Assembly (NCBI GenBank): GCA_019244185.1
Contig: JAFATB010000023.1
Coordinates: 1-64,000, forward strand
DNA length: 64,000 bases
Source: Acidobacteriota bacterium
GTDB taxonomy: Bacteria > Acidobacteriota > Thermoanaerobaculia > Gp7-AA8
Reading direction: 5' to 3'
The notes beneath the pieces were generated by a model. The model was not told the DNA's origin and searched no databases. It saw only the letters and a list, made by a program, of their open reading frames with translations. This document shows, in pieces, positions 57,189 to 64,000 of the stretch. The number at the start of each line of letters is the position of its first letter. Position 1 is the stretch's first letter. A program made the position numbers and the translations under genes.

Positions 57189-59578
57189 TCGACCCTCAGC
57201 GCCAGCGCGGGATCGAGCGCCGCCGCGCGGCGCGCCGGCACCCACGACGCGACGATCGCCACCGCGAGCAGCGTGAGCGCGACCGCCGCGTACGCCGCCG
57301 GATTCGTCGCCGTGACGGCGTACAACACGCTGCCGAGCGCGCGTCCTGCCGCGAGCGCCGCGATCACGCCGACGACGACGCCCGCGAGCGCGAGTCGCAA
57401 GCCTTCGCGCAGCACGAACCGCAGCACCATGCGTTCATCCGCGCCGACCGCCATGCGCACGGCGAGCTCGCGCCGCCGCTCGGTCACGAGATACGCGAGC
57501 AAACCGTAGATGCCGACCGCGGTGAGGAAGAGCGCGACGAGTGCGAACGCGGAGAGCACGGCCGTCCCGAAGCGCGGCTGCGCGAGCGACGCCGACACGT
57601 ACGCGTCCATCGGCAGGATGCGGTCGACCGGCAGCGACGGATCGATCGCATGCACGGCCGCGCGGATCGACGCGACGAGCGAGCTTGCGGGTAACGCGCT
57701 GCGCACGACGTACGTCATCGACGAGTCCGCGGCCTGCAGCGCGTCGAAGTAGACGTGCGGCACCGGGCGCTCGCCGAGGCTGCCGTGGCGGATGCTGCCG
57801 ACGACGCCGATGATCGTGCGCCAGCGGATCTCCTGTGCGTCGAGCTCGGAGTAGGTGATGCGTTTGCCGATCGGATCCTGCCCCGGCCAGTAGCGCTGCG
57901 CGGCTGCCTCGTCGATGACGGCGTAGCGCGGCGACGACGGCGTGTCGCGCGCGTCGAACGCGCGTCCGCGCACGACCTTGATCCCGAGCGCCGCGGGAAA
58001 GCCGGGCAGCACGCGGCGGTACTTGCCGGACGGCATGCCGTCTCCCGGCGCTTCCGGACGTCCTTCGATGTGGAACGTCGCGGTGTTGTCGTCGCTGCTG
58101 AGCGGCAGGACCGTCGTTGCGGAAACGGCCGTGACGCCCGGCAGCGCCGCGATGCGTTGCTGGATGCCGCCGAAGAGCGCCACGAGCCGCGCGTTGTCGC
58201 CGCGCATCGACTCCGGCGCGGCGATGCGGAACGTGAGCACGCCGTGCGGATTGAAGCCGGGATCGTTCGCGGCGAGCCGCCGCAGGCTGACCAGCACCAG
58301 CGCGCCGGCGGAGAGCAGCGCCGTCGCCAGCGCGATCTCCACGACAACGAGCGCGGAGCGGAAGAAGCGCACCGCCAGCGTGTCGCCCGCGGTCTTCACC
58401 GCCTGCGGCCGCCAGCGCGTGAGCGTGGCCGCGCCGAGCGCGGGCCCGAGACACGCCGCGCCGAGAAGCGCGAGCAGCGCGAACGCGAAGAGAAGCACCG
58501 GAGCGTCGACGCGAATGACTTCGACGTGGCCGAGGAGCGTCGCGCCGTTGCGCACGATCGCGGCGACGACCGCGTACGTGAGCGCGAGACCGAGCGCGCC
58601 GCCGGCGGCGATGGCTACCCACGCCTCGAGGAAGCGCGTCGCGGCGGCGCGGAGCGGTCCGGCGCCGAGCGCGCCGCGCACGTCGCTCTCGCGGCGGCGC
58701 GCGATCGCGCGCGCGAGGACGAGCGCGAGACTGTTCGCCGCGCCGATGATGAAGACGAGCGCCGCGGCCGCGAAGAGCAGCAGCAGCGGACGCCGCAGGT
58801 CGGCGACGAGATCGTCGTGCAGTCCGGCGAGCACGATGTGCCAGTGCGTGTCGAGGAGGAACTGGCGGCGGCTCGCGACGCGATCGACAAGGCGGCGCGA
58901 GAGCACGTCCGCTTCCGCCTGCGCGCTTTGCAGCGTGGCACCGGGCGCGAGCCGCGCCAGCATCTCCAGATACTCGCTGCCGCGATTCGAGTCGTCGTAC
59001 GCCGACGGCGGCAGCACGAGCGGCTCCCACAGCTCGACGTCGGCGTCGGGAAACGCGAAGTCGCGCGGCATCACCGCGGCGATCGTGCGGCGGCGTCCGT
59101 CGAGGACGAGCGTCTTGCCGATCGCATCCGCGCCGCCGAAGCGCCGCTGCCACGTCGCGTAGCTCAGCACGACCGCGTCATCGTCGTTGGACCAGCGCCC
59201 GGCGAGCGGCGCGACGCCGAACGTCGGGAAGAAGCCGCGCGTGACGCGCGCGGTCGTGAGCCGCAGCGGCTCGCCGCCGCCGAGAACCGCGGAGCTCTTC
59301 TGCCACGCGCCGGAGGAGATGAACGAGCGCGAGGCGGCGCGGTCCGCGACGTCGGGCGGCGACATCGAGCCGCCGCGATCGTTCGACATCCCGTAATGGT
59401 TGTAGAGCCGCACGAGGCGCTCCGCGTGCGCATAGGGCAACGGCCGCAAGAGCAAGCCGTAGGTCACGGCGAAGGTCGACGTGAGGATCGCCGTCGACAG
59501 CGCGACCGTGGCGATGAGAGGGAGCGCGTACGACGGCGCGCGGAGCAGCGCGCGAATGGCCCAGCGAAGATCGTTCAT
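57185..59578 (-). CDS. ABC permease, ADOP/MacB-like duplicated family
   Basis: DLRWAIR, LLRPLPY, duplicated MacB periplasmic/FtsX units, RMAVGA, PARRAA.LDP..ALR.E. Confidence 0.9.
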
Positions 59579-59591
59579 GGCATCCTCCGCA

Positions 59592-60323
59592 TCAGCGCAG
59601 CTCGAAGCCGCTCTCGCGGATCGCCTGTTCGGCGAACGGCAGCGGCAGGTCTTCGACGACGGCGCCGTCGAACATGTGGATGGTGCGGTCGGCGTGCTTC
59701 GCGTAACGCGGGTCGTGCGTGACCATGCAGATCGTCGCGCCTTCGCGATTGAGCTCGCGCATGAGGTTCATCACCGCCTCGCCGTTCTTCGAGTCGAGGT
59801 TGCCGGTTGGTTCATCCGCGAGCACGATCGACGGCTCGCCGACGATCGCGCGCGCGACGGCGACGCGCTGCTGCTGTCCGCCGGAGAGCTGCGCCGGATA
59901 GTGCTTGACACGGTGCGACATCCCGACGCGCTCGAGCGCGGCGTGCACTTTCGCGCGGCGTTCCGCCGGCGCCATGCCGCGGTAGCTGAGCGGCAGCTCG
60001 ACGTTCTCGAACACCGTGAGATCGCCGACGAGGTTGAAGCTCTGGAAGATGAAGCCGACCTGGCGGTTGCGGATGCGCGCGCGCTCGAACGACGTCAGCC
60101 GCGCCACCGGCTGTGCGCCGAGGTCGTACTCGCCGCTGGTCGGCGCGTCGAGCAGGCCGAGGATCGAGAGCAGCGTCGACTTGCCGCAGCCGGACGGGCC
60201 GGCGATGGAAACGTACTCGCCGCGCTCGATCGCGAGATGCACGCCGGAGAGCGCGTGCGTTTCGACGTCGCCGGAGTGGAAGATCTTGGTGAGTCCTTTG
60301 AGATGAATCAGTGGCTCGGTCAT
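59592..60323 (-). CDS. ABC transporter ATP-binding protein (LolD/MacB-like)
   Basis: [26 protein letters not shown]. Confidence 0.95.
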   Translation of the reverse strand: MTEPLIHLKGLTKIFHSGDVETHALSGVHLAIERGEYVSIAGPSGCGKSTLLSILGLLDAPTSGEYDLGAQPVARLTSFERARIRNRQVGFIFQSFNLVGDLTVFENVELPLSYRGMAPAERRAKVHAALERVGMSHRVKHYPAQLSGGQQQRVAVARAIVGEPSIVLADEPTGNLDSKNGEAVMNLMRELNREGATICMVTHDPRYAKHADRTIHMFDGAVVEDLPLPFAEQAIRESGFELR

Positions 60324-60331
60324 GACGCTCC

Positions 60332-61585
60332 TCATTGAATGCGTACGCGCCGCGCGTCGCTCCACGCGGACATGTCGGACAGGATTACGCGATCGCCCGC
60401 GGCGAGGCCGGAGCGGATCTCGACTTCGTTGACGGATGTGCGGCCGAGCGTGACCGGCGTAATGGCCGCCTCGCTGCCGTCGGGGCTGAGCTTGAAGAGG
60501 CCGATCGTTGCGCCATCCGCGGCCTGCACCGGACGGCCGACCTGCAGGACGTTCGCGAGCCGCTCGAGCTCGATCGTGCCGTCGACGGTGAGGTCGGGAC
60601 GCGCGCCGCGCGGCAACGGCCCCGGGATCGTGACGTCGACGACGACGTTGCCTTCCTGCGATGCGGGATCGATCCGGGAGACGTTGCCGCGGACGATGCC
60701 GTTGCGCGTGTCGATCGCGACGGCTTGTCCGACCGCCACGTCGCGCATCTGCGTCTCCGCGATGCGCAGCTGCGCTTTCAGCGGCGCCGGCTGCGCGACG
60801 CGCGCGAGGTTCGCGCCCGCCGCGACGCGCTGCCCCGACTCCGCGGCGAGCACCTGCAGCACGCCGTCGATGCCCGCGCGCACGTGCAGCGACGCGGCCT
60901 GGCTCTCGCGCAATGCGTGCAGCGCGCGCAGCTGCTCGACGCGTGCGCGCAACGCCGCGAGCTGCGCGTCGCCGGCGCGCGAGGCCATCGCCAGCCGCTG
61001 CTGCTCGATCTCGTTGCGCGTGCGCAGCTCCTCCGCGCGCGAGCTGGAGAGCTTCACGGTGAGCGGCGAGGTGAGGCCGTTCTGCGCGAGGTCGCGGTCG
61101 ACGTCCGCGCGCAGACTCGCTTCGACGAAGTCCGCCTTCACGCGCGCCGCCTCCGCGCGCTGGTTGAGAAACTCGCTCTGCAACTCCACGTTGCGCCGCG
61201 CGAGATCCGCCTCCGCGGCCTGCAGCTGCAGCGCGGCGTCCTTCGCGCCCTGCGCGACTTCGGCGTTGTCGAGCTCGAGGATGATCGTGTTCGCGGTGAC
61301 GGCCGTGCCGGGCCGCACGAGCACGCGGTCGACGCGACCTTCCGTCGCCGCGGCGATCCAGCGGATGTTCTCGGGGACGAGCGTGCCGCTGCCGCGCACT
61401 TCGCGCACGAGCGTGCCGCGACGCACGGTGTCGATGACGACGGCGGAGCGGTCGACGGTGGGAGCGGCGGGACGCAGCCGCGTGAGGCCGAACGCGGTCA
61501 GCGCGAGGGCGAGGATCGCGGCGGTGAAGAGCAGGCGTCGCCGTCGCGTACGTGCGGCGGCGAGCTCGGGTCGGACGATATCCAT
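60332..61585 (-). CDS. Efflux periplasmic adaptor (HlyD/MFP)
   Basis: N-terminal TM, lipoyl half-motifs, long coiled coil, GL.AGDRVI. Confidence 0.9.
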   Translation of the reverse strand: MDIVRPELAAARTRRRRLLFTAAILALALTAFGLTRLRPAAPTVDRSAVVIDTVRRGTLVREVRGSGTLVPENIRWIAAATEGRVDRVLVRPGTAVTANTIILELDNAEVAQGAKDAALQLQAAEADLARRNVELQSEFLNQRAEAARVKADFVEASLRADVDRDLAQNGLTSPLTVKLSSSRAEELRTRNEIEQQRLAMASRAGDAQLAALRARVEQLRALHALRESQAASLHVRAGIDGVLQVLAAESGQRVAAGANLARVAQPAPLKAQLRIAETQMRDVAVGQAVAIDTRNGIVRGNVSRIDPASQEGNVVVDVTIPGPLPRGARPDLTVDGTIELERLANVLQVGRPVQAADGATIGLFKLSPDGSEAAITPVTLGRTSVNEVEIRSGLAAGDRVILSDMSAWSDARRVRIQ

Positions 61586-61601
61586 GGACCGCGCCTCGTG
61601 C

Positions 61602-61616
61602 GCAAGGCCACTGCCA
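61602..61616 (-). promoter_or_regulatory. sigma54 -24/-12 promoter of the MFP-ABC-regulator operon
   Basis: TGGCAGTGGCCTTGC (GG-N10-GC); the operon itself encodes a sigma54 activator. Confidence 0.7.
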
Positions 61617-61713
61617 CGGGTCTCCGCCGGCGACAAAGTGCTCACGTCCGGCTATTTACGACAAATTTCGTACTTGGGTTCAAGGATTCCGCGTGTGCGG
61701 ATGTGGGATTCGA

Positions 61714-61731
61714 CTGTTCGGATCCGAACAG
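61714..61731. promoter_or_regulatory. Palindromic enhancer (UAS) candidate
   Basis: Perfect palindrome CTGTTCGGATCCGAACAG (TGT-N10-ACA) ~100 bp upstream of the sigma54 promoter. Confidence 0.6.
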
Positions 61732-61742
61732 CGGACTGGCGC

Positions 61743-61776
61743 TTGACAGCAATCGGTAGTTGATTGATCATTCAAC
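61743..61776 (+). promoter_or_regulatory. tetR promoter (-35 TTGACA) with overlapping operator palindrome
   Basis: TTGACA 61743-48; near-perfect inverted repeat GTTGATTGATCATTCAAC 61759-76. Confidence 0.65.
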
Positions 61777-61782
61777 CAAGTC

Positions 61783-62445
61783 ATGGACACCCGCGAGAAA
61801 CTCCTTGCCGCCGCGGCGCGGCTCTTCCACGAGAAAGGCTTCACCGCCACGTCCGTGGCCGAGATCCTCGAGCGCGCGGACGTCAACAGCGGGAGCCTCT
61901 ATCACTTCTTCTCCGGCAAGGAAGAACTGCTGCGCGGCGTCCTCGAGCGCTACCACGCGCTGCTGCCCGACGAACTGATCGCGCCGGCCGAAGCGACGAC
62001 CGAGGACGGCGTCGAGCGCGTGTTCGCGCTGCTCGCGCTCTATCGCAAGGGGATGGAGATCACCGGCTGCCGTTACGGCTGCCCGATCGGCAACCTCGCG
62101 CTGGAGACGACCGACGCGTATCCCAACATCCGCCCGCTCGTGGAGGCGAACTTCGTCCAGTGGATCGGCCACGTCGAGCGCTGGCTCGCGGCCGAGGGAG
62201 CGCGCTTTCCGCGCGGCACTGACTTCCACCGCCTCGCGCAACTCGTGCTCACGACCATGGAGGGAGGGCTCATGCAGACGCGCGCGCGCCGCAGCCTCGC
62301 TCCGTTCGACGAATCCGTCGCCGCGTTGCGGCACTACCTCGATCTGCTCATGGGAAAGAAAGGAAAAGGAAATGCTCCATCCCGTACGACTCACCGCCGC
62401 CCTTCTGCTCCTCGCCGCAACAGCCGCTCCGCTCGCGGCCGCTGA
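61783..62445 (+). CDS. TetR/AcrR family regulator
   Basis: TREKLL.AA..LF.EKGF..TSV, GSLYHFFSGKEEL, GCPIGNLA. Confidence 0.92.
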   Translation: MDTREKLLAAAARLFHEKGFTATSVAEILERADVNSGSLYHFFSGKEELLRGVLERYHALLPDELIAPAEATTEDGVERVFALLALYRKGMEITGCRYGCPIGNLALETTDAYPNIRPLVEANFVQWIGHVERWLAAEGARFPRGTDFHRLAQLVLTTMEGGLMQTRARRSLAPFDESVAALRHYLDLLMGKKGKGNAPSRTTHRRPSAPRRNSRSARGR

Positions 62446-62962
62446 CACCTCCACGGAGACGACGACGCTCGCGGGCCACGTGCTCGTCGTCACGCGCACA
62501 ACCCCGGAAAAGCGTCTCGAGATGCGCGTCACCGTTCCCGCGCCCCTCGGCGAAGTGTGGAACGCGTTCGCCACGCGCGAGGGCATGCAGACGTGGCTCT
62601 CGCCCGAAGCGAAAGTCGAGATGCGCGCGGGCGGCGACTGGCTCGTGAGCTATCCCGGCGCGGCACCAGGCGGTGGCAGCGTGCTCGCGTTCGTCCCGCG
62701 CGAGATGCTGTCGCTCTCCGCGATGGCGCCGGAGGCGTATCCGACCGTGCGCAAGGAACGGACGATGGCCACGTTCTTCTTCACCCCGAAGAGCGAGCGC
62801 GAAACGGAAGTGCGGCTCGTGCAGGTCGGCTGGAAAGAAGGCGCGGAGTGGGATCGCGCGTTCGACTATCTGTCGAAAGGCAACGCCATGCTGCTCAACG
62901 GTCTGCACCAGCGCTTCACCGACGGGCCGGTCAACTGGAGCGCGCTGCTGCAGAAGCACTGA
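62372..62962 (+). CDS. Exported SRPBCC/AHSA1-like protein
   Basis: Signal peptide; VPAPLGEVWNAF...EGMQTW, TEVRLVQ.GW. Confidence 0.85.
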   Translation: MLHPVRLTAALLLLAATAAPLAAADTSTETTTLAGHVLVVTRTTPEKRLEMRVTVPAPLGEVWNAFATREGMQTWLSPEAKVEMRAGGDWLVSYPGAAPGGGSVLAFVPREMLSLSAMAPEAYPTVRKERTMATFFFTPKSERETEVRLVQVGWKEGAEWDRAFDYLSKGNAMLLNGLHQRFTDGPVNWSALLQKH

Positions 62963-63010
62963 CGCGCGCGAGGGAGCCGCGCGGCGCTGCACGCGCCGCG
63001 CGGCTGCTGC

Positions 63011-64000
63011 TCAACGCGGGAACGCTTCCTTCACGCCGCCGTCGACCGGCAGCATCGCGCCGGTCGTTTTCGCCGCGCGCGGTCCCGCGAGAAAGAGCGC
63101 CGCTTCGGCGACGTCGTCCGCGGTCACTTCGACCTTGAGTAATGTGCGGTTGCGATAGAAGTCGGGGAGGCGCTCGGTGTCGACGCCGTACGCCTGCGCG
63201 CGCATCGTGCGCATCTCCTCGCTCCAGAAGCGCGAGCCGCCGAAGATCGCGTCGGGATTGAGCATGTTCGCGCGGATGCCGTGCTCGCCGCCTTCGAGCG
63301 CGACGATGCGGCAGAGCTGCGCTTCCGCGGCCTTGCTCACGCTGTACGCCCCGAACTCTTTCCCCGGCGCGGTCACGTTCTTCGACGCGTTGAAGACGAT
63401 CGATCCGCCGAGTCCCTGCGCCTTGAGCACGCGCAGGGCGGCGCGCGCGACGAGGAAGTGCCCGCGCGCGTTGATGGCGAAGCTGCGGTCCCAATCCGCG
63501 GTCGCGAGCTCGTCGAGCTTGCCGAACGACGAGATGCCGGCGTTGCTGACGACGACGTCGACGCCGCCGTACGCGCGTACGGTCTCGTCGAACGCGCGCT
63601 CGACGTCGTGCTCGTCCGCGACGTCGAGCCGCAACGCGATCGCGCGGCGCAATCCATGTTTGGCGACGATGCTCTTCGCGACGTCTTCCGCGAGGCCGAG
63701 GTCGATGTCGGTGACGACGACGTGCGCGCCTTCCTCGGCGAACCGTTCCGCCACCGCCCGCCCGATGCCGCTCGCCGCGCCGGTCACGAGCGCGATCTTG
63801 CTGGCCAGCTCTTTCTCCTTCGGCAGCAGCGTCAGTTTGTAGAGCTCGAGCGGCCAGTACTCCGCGTGAAACGCGTCGTCGTCGTCGAGCGTTTCGTAGC
63901 CGCCCGCGTCTTCCGCCGCGGCGAGGATGCGCATCGTATGGCGATAGATGTCGCGCACGATGCGCGCGCCGCGCGCGTCCTTGCCTGCCGTCCACATGCC
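63011..64000 (-). CDS. Bifunctional aldolase/short-chain dehydrogenase (RhaD/YuxG-like), 5'-truncated by the window edge
   Basis: EYWPLE.YKL linker, TGAASGIG, SNAG, ASKN, YSVSK, NPDAIF. Confidence 0.88.
   Translation of the reverse strand, partial: GMWTAGKDARGARIVRDIYRHTMRILAAAEDAGGYETLDDDDAFHAEYWPLELYKLTLLPKEKELASKIALVTGAASGIGRAVAERFAEEGAHVVVTDIDLGLAEDVAKSIVAKHGLRRAIALRLDVADEHDVERAFDETVRAYGGVDVVVSNAGISSFGKLDELATADWDRSFAINARGHFLVARAALRVLKAQGLGGSIVFNASKNVTAPGKEFGAYSVSKAAEAQLCRIVALEGGEHGIRANMLNPDAIFGGSRFWSEEMRTMRAQAYGVDTERLPDFYRNRTLLKVEVTADDVAEAALFLAGPRAAKTTGAMLPVDGGVKEAFPR

Overview
High-GC bacterial chromosomal window. Gene content and style (ADOP-type permease, GGVxGGV-repeat TonB, cohesin-tailed secretin) suggest Acidobacteriota, possibly Thermoanaerobaculia; this is an inference. 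Left to right: hemQ-like gene, mgtE, tsaC and recN with a diverged 149-bp tandem duplication at their junction, an L,D-transpeptidase and an M16 peptidase. Next is a ~29-kb type II secretion/type IV pilus-like locus (7.9-37.2 kb) with seven prepilins (one of ~1200 aa in a lower-GC cassette), a prepilin peptidase, an orphan kinase and two large secreted proteins carrying intact gingipain/PorU-like C25 His-Cys domains. Then come tRNA-Sec, a TonB-ExbB-ExbD2 operon, tRNA-Ala and two genes that the ORF track breaks at in-frame UGA codons: an ArsC-like protein (U-T-S-C) and an exported thioredoxin-TPR protein (W-U-H-T-C), both very likely selenoproteins. An unannotated 134-nt structured RNA with its own promoter and terminator lies between them. 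The right end holds peptidases, signalling genes, a sigma54-controlled ABC/MFP module, TetR-SRPBCC and a partial aldolase/SDR gene. No CRISPR array, integrase or transposase was seen. All calls come from motif recognition by eye; no searches were run.
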